Below, in pieces: positions 1-9,232 of a DNA stretch of 40,216 bases; within the stretch, counting starts at the first letter, position 1, and every line of letters begins with the position of its first letter. The position numbers and the translations under genes are program-made. The notes beneath the pieces were generated by a model. That model was not told where the DNA came from and made no database searches. It saw only the letters and a list, made by a program, of their open reading frames with translations. The DNA is from a virus (taxonomy: Duplodnaviria; Caudoviricetes), in IMG/VR virus record IMGVR_UViG_3300011335_000495, positions 1 through 40,216 of that record; one strand, written 5' to 3'.

Positions 1-127
1 AAACTAAGGTTGTGCCTGAATTAATAATCCGATACTGATTACCGCCTAAAGTGCTTGATACCGCTTGGATTGGTGCAGGCGCACTTGTGCCAGCCGTAAA
101 AGTCACGGTATTGCCAGTCTTAGTAAA
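1..127. repeat. Exact 127-nt repeat of 39128-39254 (circularisation/assembly overlap); similarity continues imperfectly to ~525
   Basis: Base-by-base match until the first mismatch at 128 (a) vs 39255 (g); mostly third-codon-position differences afterwards. Confidence 0.95.
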
Positions 128-142
128 AGCATTAATTCCCAT
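1..142 (-). CDS. 5' part of small virion-type protein (copy of 38943..39269), cut by the window edge
   Basis: ATG at 142 reads MGINAFTKTGNTVTF..., matching 38943..39269. Confidence 0.85.
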   Translation of the reverse strand, partial: MGINAFTKTGNTVTFTAGTSAPAPIQAVSSTLGGNQYRIINSGTTLV

Positions 143-529
143 TTAAGCCTCCATAGGGGCTTCTACCCACGATAAGGTAGCTTCATCCCATACCCAAGGT
201 CCACCTGTAGTTGGAGCTGGTCCTGGGGGAGTTGGAGCTTCCCATAAATAAGTAGTTGGATTTAGCACCCATGAAGGATATGGTTGTGGGGCTGCAAAGC
301 CTGTACCATCCCATGAATAGCCAATACCAGCATAGTTGTAATTAAGCGGAGTGCCACCATCAGGAGTCATTGGCTCGGCAGGAGGGCTAGGTGCGTAATG
401 CACATTTCCATAAGTATTGTAAGAAGTCTGAATCCAACCATGACCTAATACTGCGCTATCAATAAACTCTTGATCAGCAACAATCACATCAGTGACTATT
501 CCGTTTTCTACTTTTCCGAAGTGTGCCAA
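143..529 (-). CDS. Conserved small phage protein following the glycine-rich fibre (possible fibre assembly/accessory protein), allele A
   Basis: TTG start with GGAG RBS; WIQTSYN, NYAGIGY, PQPYPSW and WDE motifs; near-identical copy at 39270..39653. Confidence 0.75.
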   Translation of the reverse strand: MAHFGKVENGIVTDVIVADQEFIDSAVLGHGWIQTSYNTYGNVHYAPSPPAEPMTPDGGTPLNYNYAGIGYSWDGTGFAAPQPYPSWVLNPTTYLWEAPTPPGPAPTTGGPWVWDEATLSWVEAPMEA

Positions 530-540
530 TTTATTTCTCC

Positions 541-1029
541 TTAAAAATGTCGGGCATATTGCCCATGAAATTTATCCCTTGCTTCATGTGCAACTAAATT
601 TGCAAGCTCAATATCCTCAAAACTACCAATGTATTTTCGTGTACCGTTTATCATAAGACTAACAACCCAATTCCGTTTCCACTCTGGATTTTTAGTTGGT
701 GGCTGTAAATATACATTTTTATATGGTGATTTGCTATGGGACTTATGTTTACTATTTAAACAATTTTGTTGTTGTGTAGCTTCTCGCAAGTTTTCAATTT
801 TGTTATTTTCTCTATTGCCGTCAATGTGATCTAAACATTTTGGCAAATATCCATGCTGATGCAAAAATATCATTCTATGTAAACTTGTTGATTTTCCAGC
901 AATACAAATTTTTAAATATCTTTGTCCTTTATTCATAGAACAAACAACAGCTTTACCTGTCCGTTTACGAACAAAATATCCATTTGGATGGTAGTCAAAT
1001 AGCTGTTTTAAGGATTCTTGAGTAATCAT
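541..1029 (-). CDS. Free-standing HNH homing endonuclease with C-terminal AP2-like DNA-binding domain (allele A)
   Basis: LHRMIF...DHIDGNRENNKIENLREAT HNH core; YIGSF..A..A C-terminus; AT-richer than flanks. Confidence 0.88.
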   Translation of the reverse strand: MITQESLKQLFDYHPNGYFVRKRTGKAVVCSMNKGQRYLKICIAGKSTSLHRMIFLHQHGYLPKCLDHIDGNRENNKIENLREATQQQNCLNSKHKSHSKSPYKNVYLQPPTKNPEWKRNWVVSLMINGTRKYIGSFEDIELANLVAHEARDKFHGQYARHF

Positions 1030-1038
1030 ATTTGTTCC

Positions 1039-3477
1039 TTAAAAAGTAATCGTTCCAGATGAAGCAAAGGTGTAAATATTGTTTCCGCCAGATGTAGTGA
1101 ATGTAGGTGATCCTGTAGTTGCTGAAGCAGGTCTATAAGCAGTTGAATAACTAAATATTACAATACCTGACCCGCCATTACCGCCAGCTAATCCTGCAGT
1201 TCCGCCACCACCACCGCCACCTCTATTAGCAGTTCCATTGCTGCCAGCGCCAGCATTTCCGCCATTGCCACCACCACCAGAACCACCTGATCCTTGGTTT
1301 CCAGGCACATAAGATGAGCCTCCACCACCACCAGCGTAAGTTACAGAAGATCCAGAAATAGATGAAGCCGTACCATTACCACCATTACCGCCTCTATCGG
1401 TTGCAAAAGCGTTATTACCAGCACCACCAGCACCACCACCGCCAGCACCAGATCCATCTACTGCTGTTCCATTACCGCCAGCATTTCCTTGTCCAGAAGT
1501 TGCTGCACCACCAGAGTTGCTTAAATAGCTACCACCTCCGCCAGATCCGCCAGTATTTGCAGTACCAGCAGTAAATCCAGTTCCAGCGCCACCTCCAACT
1601 GAAACAGTTTGACCTGTAATAGATGAATTTGCACCATCTGTACCTTTATTAGAAGCTGTACCACCAGCGCCACCGCTACCAACAGTAACTGTGTAAGTTG
1701 TGTTTGCTGTAATTGTAAGTGTTCCAGTTAAATAGCCACCAGCACCACCGCCACCAGCGTAGGTATTTGCACCGCCTGAAGCGCCACCAGCAACTTGTAA
1801 ATAAGATGCACTTGGAGCTATTTGTCCACTTAGGCTTCCACTACTAGTAAATGAATGTATAGTATTTCCACCGCTTGTAGTTACTGTGCCACCTGAGAAT
1901 TGTTGGCTACCAGAGTATGAAATGATTACGATGCCTGAACCGCCTGAACCGCCAGCAAATCCTCTAGAAGCACCGCCACCTCCACCACCTAAATTAGCAG
2001 AACCATTTGATCCATTACCACCGCCTGATGCTCCACCATTTCCACCACCGCCTGATCCGCCTGTACCTGGAGTACCAGCAGCAGCAATAGATGTTCCACC
2101 GCCTCCTCCTCCAGCATAAGTGACAGATGAGCCAGAAATTGATGATGCAAAGCCAGAACCCCCGTTGCCCGCCACAGATACAGCAGTAGCATTTGCACCA
2201 ACAGCAGATGCGCCACCGCCTCCACCTCCAGCAACATCGGTAACACCTGGAGTTCCAGTTCCGTTACCACCAGCATAGCCTTGACCAGAAGTAGCAGATC
2301 CACCTGATCCTGTAGAAGATACAGAACCACCACCAGAACCTCCAGTTGCGCCATTTGTACCAGCAACTCCTGATCCTGCTCCGCCACCGCCACCTACTGC
2401 TGCTGTTGCAATAGAGCTAAATGATGAATTAGATCCATTTCCTGAAACTGTGTTGCTTTGTCCAGCTCCACCAGCTCCAACAACAACGGTATAAATAGAA
2501 TTAGTATCAAGGCTAGTAGTTGAAGCAAGTAAACCACCTGCTCCGCCACCAGCTCCTGTTGCACTTGTTGCTCCACCTGTTCCACCACCAGCAACAATTA
2601 AATAAGAAGCTGACAATGAGCTTAAAGGACTTAGTACACCACTTGTAGTAAATGTGTGAATAGTGTTTGTGCCATCGGTTGTAACTGTTCCGCCACCAAA
2701 TTGTTGTGCGCCTGTGTAGCTGATAATTACAATGCCTGAGCCGCCTGCGCCACCTAAACCACCATTTCCTGAACCACCACCGCCACCAGCACCTAAGTTA
2801 GCAGTTCCAGCAGTTCCAGCAACAGTTCCTGAAGTTCCTCCGCCTCCGCCTCCTCCACCAGCGCCACCAGCTCCTGGAGTTTGACCAGATGGGGCATATA
2901 CTCCACCACCACCGCCACCTGCATAAGTTACTGCGCTACCAGAAAGGGAATTAGATGTACCAGCACCACCAGCACCTCCATTACCAGATGTGCTATTAGC
3001 ACCTACTGCACTTGAACCTCCACCGCCACCAGCAGTATATGCACTAGCTATTGCTGTACCACCAGCAAAACCTTGCGAAGCAGTTCCAGCACCACCAGCA
3101 TAAGATGAACCAGTACCATTAGCACCACCTCCGCCTCCGCCAGAACCACCAGCAGCACTAGCTGTTTGATAACCAGCAGCACCACCACCACCTACTGCGG
3201 CAGTTAAACCAGTAAAAGTAGAATTAGAGCCATTAGAAGTGGTTGCATGGTTTCCAGTTTGAGCTGCGCCAGCGCCAATAGTAACTGTGTAAGAAGAAGT
3301 TGTAGTTAAAGTAGTTGTGCTAGTTAAATATCCACCCGCACCTCCACCACCGCCTTGGTCAAAACCACCAGAACCACCTCCAGCAACAATTAAATAATTA
3401 GCAGTAACAGCAGCTTTTCCAGAACTAAATCCAAAGGCTGCTAGGGCTGCTGCACCAATTTTAGATAAGCGAGGCAT
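1039..3477 (-). CDS. Glycine-rich tail fibre/adhesin-like protein with three tandem polyglycine modules
   Basis: Three repeats from YL(I/Q)VAGG through VTYAGGGGG and GGSGIVI to (H/Y)(T/S)F; located in the tail gene block. Confidence 0.8.
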   Translation of the reverse strand: MPRLSKIGAAALAAFGFSSGKAAVTANYLIVAGGGSGGFDQGGGGGAGGYLTSTTTLTTTSSYTVTIGAGAAQTGNHATTSNGSNSTFTGLTAAVGGGGAAGYQTASAAGGSGGGGGGANGTGSSYAGGAGTASQGFAGGTAIASAYTAGGGGGSSAVGANSTSGNGGAGGAGTSNSLSGSAVTYAGGGGGGVYAPSGQTPGAGGAGGGGGGGGTSGTVAGTAGTANLGAGGGGGSGNGGLGGAGGSGIVIISYTGAQQFGGGTVTTDGTNTIHTFTTSGVLSPLSSLSASYLIVAGGGTGGATSATGAGGGAGGLLASTTSLDTNSIYTVVVGAGGAGQSNTVSGNGSNSSFSSIATAAVGGGGGAGSGVAGTNGATGGSGGGSVSSTGSGGSATSGQGYAGGNGTGTPGVTDVAGGGGGGASAVGANATAVSVAGNGGSGFASSISGSSVTYAGGGGGGTSIAAAGTPGTGGSGGGGNGGASGGGNGSNGSANLGGGGGGASRGFAGGSGGSGIVIISYSGSQQFSGGTVTTSGGNTIHSFTSSGSLSGQIAPSASYLQVAGGASGGANTYAGGGGAGGYLTGTLTITANTTYTVTVGSGGAGGTASNKGTDGANSSITGQTVSVGGGAGTGFTAGTANTGGSGGGGSYLSNSGGAATSGQGNAGGNGTAVDGSGAGGGGAGGAGNNAFATDRGGNGGNGTASSISGSSVTYAGGGGGSSYVPGNQGSGGSGGGGNGGNAGAGSNGTANRGGGGGGGTAGLAGGNGGSGIVIFSYSTAYRPASATTGSPTFTTSGGNNIYTFASSGTITF

Positions 3478-4133
3478 TATTTAAACTGAGTTTGTGAGGT
3501 TAAAACTGTATAAGTATTGGCTGCAGTTTTTACTACAACATAAGAATAAGTATCCGTAGAGTTAGCATTACCAGCAGTCCAAGCCGTACCACCTTGATAT
3601 TTAGGGGTTACGCTATTGCCGTCAATCGTAACTGCTGAGTTGTAATATGCTGTTGCGCCTTGTGGCACAAGCATACTGGTGTTAATCGCATTGCCAACCG
3701 CTACCGCATTGTTAAATGTTGTACCAGAGTTTCCTCTAAAGTTAACAGTCCAGTTAGCCGCAGCATTGCTAGTCAAAACCATAACAACATTAGAAAGAAT
3801 ATCCATGTTGATTGTGCCAGTAGCAGCAAACGCAACCACATTGGCAGGCTCTTGAATATTCTCAATCGTAGCGTTATTTAGCGCCAAGTTACCTATGCTA
3901 GTTGCTGTATTACCAAGACCGACAGTAGTATTGCCAATCGTTACATTACCAACAGCACTAGTACCACTAACAATAGTGACATTAGTAAGCGTTAAATTAC
4001 CAACCGAAGTAGTGGTATTACCAAGCCCAATGGCTGTATTACCCAATGTAGCGGTAGTATTAAAGTTTGCATCTAATTGGGTTAATGGTATGCTTGTTGT
4101 TGCATTACCAAAAATATTAGGAACGCCAGCCAT
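3477..4133 (-). CDS. Tail fibre/tail-associated protein
   Basis: N-terminal IPLTQLDANF anchor-like motif; GNTT/GNLTL repeats; stop overlaps the next start. Confidence 0.65.
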   Translation of the reverse strand: MAGVPNIFGNATTSIPLTQLDANFNTTATLGNTAIGLGNTTTSVGNLTLTNVTIVSGTSAVGNVTIGNTTVGLGNTATSIGNLALNNATIENIQEPANVVAFAATGTINMDILSNVVMVLTSNAAANWTVNFRGNSGTTFNNAVAVGNAINTSMLVPQGATAYYNSAVTIDGNSVTPKYQGGTAWTAGNANSTDTYSYVVVKTAANTYTVLTSQTQFK

Positions 4134-4134
4134 T

Positions 4135-6123
4135 TTAGAACCTCACTCTCAATTCATGTTCAAATTCGTATGTATTAACCACAAATCCAGCCGAGTTGGA
4201 AGTTTGGGTTAACCCTAAGTATTTTCCCCATTGCATAGCGTCAGACTTATAAAGCTGATACCCAGTTCCACCTAACCAAGATATTACTGTAGAACTACTA
4301 TTTGTCCAAGTAATTACTGTACTTGAAACATTAGTCCATGTAATAAAGTTTTGCAAGGTATAGGTGGGGCTAGAACCATTTTCAGAATCTATCGTTACAT
4401 CAAGACTTGCGCCTTGGGAAAGTGTTGCTTCAATACCAAACTTCAAAGCCTGCTTGGTACGGATTGGATCAGTAAGCGGTAACAAAGCCGTTTGTACTCG
4501 ACTGGTAATATCGGCAGTTGTGTTGTTATACAGTTTATATAAAGTATTGTTTATCGTGCCATAAAGACTAATTTTGCCGTTATAAGGAATTGTAGTTATA
4601 AACTTTAAATCGTCATGTTGACTAGTTAAAAACCACCGTTTTTCAAAGAAAACAGCTTGAATATAACGGTAACTTTCGGTAAAAACAGAATCGTAATAAC
4701 GAAAATTAAAGGCAGCGCACAGAATATTATTGATTAAAACCTGCCCTGCATAAATTGGACTATCAAAGTCAATATTGGTTATTAAGCCGTCTAAGCTATC
4801 AGAGAGCTTGGAGGTGGTAGAACCAACAAGGGCGTAAACCCCATAATCGTTCATAAATAACACAGATCTAAAGTACGGGAATATGGCGTATGAACGCTTA
4901 GAACCTACAGAAGCGCTGACATTGGTATTGGTAAATAAGGTCGTACCAGCCGTAGTGACCCGCACATCAGAAAACACATTGATCGAGTCGTCACCAAAAA
5001 CATACAAGAAGTTATTGGCAGCAACCAATTGTTGAATATTGCCATGTAGGGTTGAGTCCGTAATCACGATTGTGCCAGCCGATACGCTAGTAAAATCGCT
5101 ATAAGAACCCGCAGCAGAGTAGGCTACTGATCGCCCAAAGGCAACCCAGACTCTGCCTGAAAAAGCGGATACTCCCACATTAGGCTCGTTATTGATAACG
5201 GGAACTAAATTAGCCCCAGAGCCACCAGCCGAAATTGTGGCAGTAATGTTGGAATTATTAGTATAGTTTTGACCATAATTGGTCATAACCACTACGGAAA
5301 CCGCATTGTTACGAATGATCGCAGTAGCCGCAGCGCCTGTACCTCCGCCACCGCTAAAGGTAACTGGAGTCGTACCATTGGTATAGCCTGAGCCACCATT
5401 AACTACCGCAGTAGCCACCGTACCTTGAGCAAAAGTTAAAATCTCTGCAATTGCACTAGCATTAGTACCATTGCCACCAGCAAAGGAAACGGTAAGGTTA
5501 CTAGCATTGGTGTAGCCTGAACCTGCATTGGTTAAAGTCACATAAGAAACCACATTGCCAGTCACAGCGCAAACTGCCTCAGCCCTAACACCGCCAACTT
5601 CGTCTGGTCCTGAAATCGTAACGCTAGGCACATTGGTATAGCCACTACCATAATTTGTCATAGCCACTAAGCCAACTGAGCCAATTGTAGTGGTGTTGTT
5701 ACCATCCCATTGGTATAAACCCTTAGACTGATCTAGTATGAGAATATGGTCATTGTTGTATTGGCTAACTTGTATGCCAGCATTGGAAAAAGTATTGGCT
5801 ACGGCTACATTGCCCTTAGTACCAGTTGTAACATTAAAATACTCGGCTGAACCGTTTGATAAAAAAGCTAAAGCAAAGTCCGTAATATTAAGGCTTGCAG
5901 AAGCTAAATGCGTAACTGTATTGGAAAAAGTAACCGAATTGTTACCGCTATCTTTTACTACTTCTTCTGAAGGCACAATTTTTAAATTGCCAAATCCAAC
6001 AGGTTGAGCATTTTCTAACCAAGAAAACTCATCCTCACCTATGGCAGTGCGGTTTGCTTTGGTATTAAGCCCTTTAAATTGCTTAATGACCTGATAGGAC
6101 TTTTTCTGTTCTGCCGCAGCCAT
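4135..6123 (-). CDS. Probable tail nozzle/stabilisation (tail tubular B-like) protein with inserted GSGYT repeats
   Basis: N-terminal FKGLNT...ENA pattern, 662 aa, follows the adaptor-like gene; GSGYT repeats. Confidence 0.6.
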   Translation of the reverse strand: MAAAEQKKSYQVIKQFKGLNTKANRTAIGEDEFSWLENAQPVGFGNLKIVPSEEVVKDSGNNSVTFSNTVTHLASASLNITDFALAFLSNGSAEYFNVTTGTKGNVAVANTFSNAGIQVSQYNNDHILILDQSKGLYQWDGNNTTTIGSVGLVAMTNYGSGYTNVPSVTISGPDEVGGVRAEAVCAVTGNVVSYVTLTNAGSGYTNASNLTVSFAGGNGTNASAIAEILTFAQGTVATAVVNGGSGYTNGTTPVTFSGGGGTGAAATAIIRNNAVSVVVMTNYGQNYTNNSNITATISAGGSGANLVPVINNEPNVGVSAFSGRVWVAFGRSVAYSAAGSYSDFTSVSAGTIVITDSTLHGNIQQLVAANNFLYVFGDDSINVFSDVRVTTAGTTLFTNTNVSASVGSKRSYAIFPYFRSVLFMNDYGVYALVGSTTSKLSDSLDGLITNIDFDSPIYAGQVLINNILCAAFNFRYYDSVFTESYRYIQAVFFEKRWFLTSQHDDLKFITTIPYNGKISLYGTINNTLYKLYNNTTADITSRVQTALLPLTDPIRTKQALKFGIEATLSQGASLDVTIDSENGSSPTYTLQNFITWTNVSSTVITWTNSSSTVISWLGGTGYQLYKSDAMQWGKYLGLTQTSNSAGFVVNTYEFEHELRVRF

Positions 6124-6129
6124 GATTAA

Positions 6130-6999
6130 TTACATTGAGTTAAATGCGGTTGGAATCCTACGAGTAAAGGTGCTATTCAAAATTGAATTAGCTTGTTTCA
6201 AATATTCTTGTTTAAAAATCTCTGATTCGCCATAGCTTTGTTCATAAAACTTAGCAAGATAGGCTGCGTAAAACTTAACCGCAGAAGTATAAGGATCAGC
6301 AATGGGATCAACTGCTGTAGGCGCTGTTTGCACTAAAGCCGTTGGCAAAATAACTGTATCTAGTTCAATTTGGTAGACTTGATCTGGGGCAGGACCGAAA
6401 TAAATATTGCCTTGTCCATAAATACTAAAAACAATGGGTCGGCTGACATTGTTTTGCCAAATCCGCATGGTGGAATTAAAGTTAGACCAAGCCATGTAAT
6501 CCATTGGAATTCGAGAGTTACCCCAATACAGATTGATATTGACAATATCTAGGGTAGTTAAACCCTCTGGCAAAGCCTCATAAAAAATATTCTCGGTGTT
6601 ACCAACATACTGCAAAGTAGCTGTACCGTCAGCAAAAGCAGTGCTTGGTGGGTAATTGTAGCCACTAGCAGGGTAAGCAGGTGCAGTAGAACCTGAAGTT
6701 CCACCTGTAATGTATTGATATATATAGATATTACTAAATACAAAAGTATTAATGACAACAACTGTATCCGCTACCCAAGGAGTCGGATTGGTTGGTGTTA
6801 CGCTACCAATGGTATTGCCAGCAGGTACAGCACAAGGGACTTGTGTTACTTGAATGGTTCTAAGACACCCCGTATCACGGACAACTCGCTCCCGTGCAGA
6901 GTTAATGTAATCAGTTAACTGTGCGGTGCTATAAAAGTTAGCGTTTGCGTCATGCAGTAACCTCTGCACTTCAGTAATGTAGGAATTAAGCGTAGCCAT
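6130..6999 (-). CDS. Probable head-tail adaptor (tail tubular A-like)
   Basis: TL..YITEVQRLLHD...LTDYIN.AR N-terminus; GPAPDQVY..ELD; YAAYLA; position after capsid genes. Confidence 0.6.
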   Translation of the reverse strand: MATLNSYITEVQRLLHDANANFYSTAQLTDYINSARERVVRDTGCLRTIQVTQVPCAVPAGNTIGSVTPTNPTPWVADTVVVINTFVFSNIYIYQYITGGTSGSTAPAYPASGYNYPPSTAFADGTATLQYVGNTENIFYEALPEGLTTLDIVNINLYWGNSRIPMDYMAWSNFNSTMRIWQNNVSRPIVFSIYGQGNIYFGPAPDQVYQIELDTVILPTALVQTAPTAVDPIADPYTSAVKFYAAYLAKFYEQSYGESEIFKQEYLKQANSILNSTFTRRIPTAFNSM

Positions 7000-7016
7000 A
7001 CTTTAGTATCCATAGT

Positions 7017-7355
7017 TCATGCTACAGCCTGTAGGACTTTTCCCCCGCCCCTCTTTGAAGAAGGGAGAGGTACTCTTTCCACCAACGGGGCTAACAATTG
7101 GTTCTTTTTTGGAGGTTGTGTAGATAGCTCCCATTTAGACAAAATTTCAAAACCTGTATCTAAATCGTTGGCAGTCTTGATCCACCCTAACCGTGCCAAG
7201 TACACTTCTTTGTTTTGTTCTTCGTAACCAAAAATATGCTTGGCAGTTTCAAGCGGAATTTCTAGAGTTGTGCCAGGCAAAAAATCATAAACCACTCCAG
7301 CAAAACCATCTTTCAATGGTTTGTCGGAATGGTTGGTTACAAATATGTTAGACAT
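7017..7355 (-). CDS. Hypothetical protein (structural operon)
   Basis: ORF coupled to the upstream gene by TAATG overlap. Confidence 0.65.
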   Translation of the reverse strand: MSNIFVTNHSDKPLKDGFAGVVYDFLPGTTLEIPLETAKHIFGYEEQNKEVYLARLGWIKTANDLDTGFEILSKWELSTQPPKKNQLLAPLVERVPLPSSKRGGGKVLQAVA

Positions 7356-7816
7356 TAGAAGTTGACTACTTCACCATAAACACTAATGTTAACGGTGTTG
7401 GTATTGCCTGAAGCGGTAATTACTTTAACAAATAAGGCTGAAGTCGTAGATCCAGAGATCACGGTATTAGCGCCATAAACGCCAGTAACAGGAATATCAA
7501 GATAACGACCCGCAGCAGACAACACAGTTAAAACAGTATTTGCAGTAACAATATTACTAACATTACCATCAGAGCTAGTATAAATTGCCACATTTCCTGA
7601 AGCAACCGTACCAACTGGGCTAGTGATTACAATTTTTCTTGCAATTACTGAACCCGAATTAGCTACTGCACCGCCATTGGTTAAACCACCTTCTGCAAAT
7701 GACAAATTAGCTACCGCATTACCTGTTGAAGCTAGTGATACGGCTTCAGCAAAAGCAATGCGAACATTACCAAAACTATTAAGCCGTAGCTCGCCTACCG
7801 AATTGGGATTAGCCAT
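7355..7816 (-). CDS. Putative capsid decoration/minor virion protein
   Basis: Beta-rich, A/G/S/T/V/N composition; GGGA RBS; downstream of major capsid. Confidence 0.5.
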   Translation of the reverse strand: MANPNSVGELRLNSFGNVRIAFAEAVSLASTGNAVANLSFAEGGLTNGGAVANSGSVIARKIVITSPVGTVASGNVAIYTSSDGNVSNIVTANTVLTVLSAAGRYLDIPVTGVYGANTVISGSTTSALFVKVITASGNTNTVNISVYGEVVNF

Positions 7817-7827
7817 TATTTTTCCCC

Positions 7828-8169
7828 TTAACTAGCAAAGGTACTAGAAACCGCTTGACCGCCATTGACAGTAATCAATTGCACTGAAGTGTTGGTAGTT
7901 GCCAAAAATTGCACATTAATACCGTCAGAGATAATAACGCCACCAGAATTAACGGGGTATACATTTGAGAATGTAGCCACATTAGAAGTAGCGTTGTAAT
8001 TCGATACTGCTTGAATTACCACATTGGCGGTATTAAATGCCATATAAGTTCCAGCAGGAACAACATTACCAGCAGTAGTGACGGTAATGTTAGAAACTGC
8101 TTGGTAATACGCTGCGGCAGTATTTGCATATGTGCCTGTTACTAAAATCTTATTTAGACCGAGTGCCAT
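7828..8169 (-). CDS. Putative capsid decoration protein
   Basis: AAGGAG RBS; immediately after the capsid gene; beta-rich composition. Confidence 0.5.
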   Translation of the reverse strand: MALGLNKILVTGTYANTAAAYYQAVSNITVTTAGNVVPAGTYMAFNTANVVIQAVSNYNATSNVATFSNVYPVNSGGVIISDGINVQFLATTNTSVQLITVNGGQAVSSTFAS

Positions 8170-8181
8170 GACTAGTTCTCC

Positions 8182-9192
8182 TTATAATGAAATAGAGTTG
8201 TAGCCAGATACTCTGGTCATTGACTTCGGCTTAACGCTTACCAATTCGGCAATCATCAAGACAGCGCCAACATAACCAATCTGCCAATTAGGGAGAGTCG
8301 ATTCAAAGCCAGTAAATACGAATGAACCTTGATCGTGAATGTAAAGACTCAAGTAATTCGAGTTAATGAAATAAACCGTACCTTCTGGACAGTAAGGATC
8401 TGGATAAACAGGAACGCCTGCGACCATCAAAGCACGGAAAGCTGCTGAGGGACCGTTGGCATCTGAATCGAAACCGTTACCTGGGGTAATAACATATTGC
8501 TCTTGACCCACATAATCTTGGGCTAAAAGTGTCCATGTACCAAATCCGCATACGCCAAAAGTAGGAACTTCAGCGCCATTCTTAACCGTACCTGAAATGT
8601 ACTGAAGAATGTTTTGACGAGTTGGGTTCACAGAACCTGCGTTATACACCTTCGATTTCCACCAAGTATAGGTAGTCCGATTGATGTTACCGTAGGTAAC
8701 CATGTTAGTACCATCATCAATTGCACCAGGCAAACCAATAAACTGTTGAGTGTTCGTAGTATTGGTATACAGAGCAGTAGCCATTGCATCCATCATCACA
8801 TTGGTCGCATCATTCATGCGTGCTTCAATGAGAGGAATAATTGCATAGTCTTGCTGAACTGCACCTTCCATACCTAAAAACGGTACTGGAGCAATCATCA
8901 GTTTAAGGTTGAACTCAGCATTGAAAGCGCCTTGCTGAACTGACGGCTGGCTAAACGAACCAGAATAGTCAGACCATTGGGCATTAACAAACTGTGCGCC
9001 TTGAACTGGAACGGTTACTTGGGATACACCACCAGAGGCTTGTTGACTGTTAGCAATCAACGCAGCCATCAGGGGTGTGCTGTTATAAAGTTGTACTACC
9101 AGCTTGGGGATAAACGCTCTACGAGTAACATAAGTCAACTCATTGTATTGCGATGAACCTGACGCTGGAAGAATTCCGCCACCTATAGGCAT
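8182..9192 (-). CDS. Major capsid protein
   Basis: 336 aa, after a scaffold-like gene, GGAG RBS; GLPGAIDDG..YGNINR..W and GVPVYPDP.CP.GT.YF.N motifs typical of HK97-fold capsids. Confidence 0.85.
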   Translation of the reverse strand: MPIGGGILPASGSSQYNELTYVTRRAFIPKLVVQLYNSTPLMAALIANSQQASGGVSQVTVPVQGAQFVNAQWSDYSGSFSQPSVQQGAFNAEFNLKLMIAPVPFLGMEGAVQQDYAIIPLIEARMNDATNVMMDAMATALYTNTTNTQQFIGLPGAIDDGTNMVTYGNINRTTYTWWKSKVYNAGSVNPTRQNILQYISGTVKNGAEVPTFGVCGFGTWTLLAQDYVGQEQYVITPGNGFDSDANGPSAAFRALMVAGVPVYPDPYCPEGTVYFINSNYLSLYIHDQGSFVFTGFESTLPNWQIGYVGAVLMIAELVSVKPKSMTRVSGYNSISL

Positions 9193-9232
9193 GGTTTATC
9201 TCCAAACAAAAATTAAAATAGCCCCTCTACGA

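Noticed and set aside
1-530. Diversity-generating retroelement template/variable repeat pair with 39128-39650
   Set aside because: Differences are not adenine-specific, fall mainly at third codon positions, and no reverse transcriptase is present.
1362-2597. His/Gln-rich, Pro-rich and Val/Leu-rich ORFs overlapping the fibre gene
   Set aside because: Shadow frames produced by repetitive GGT/GGC glycine codons.
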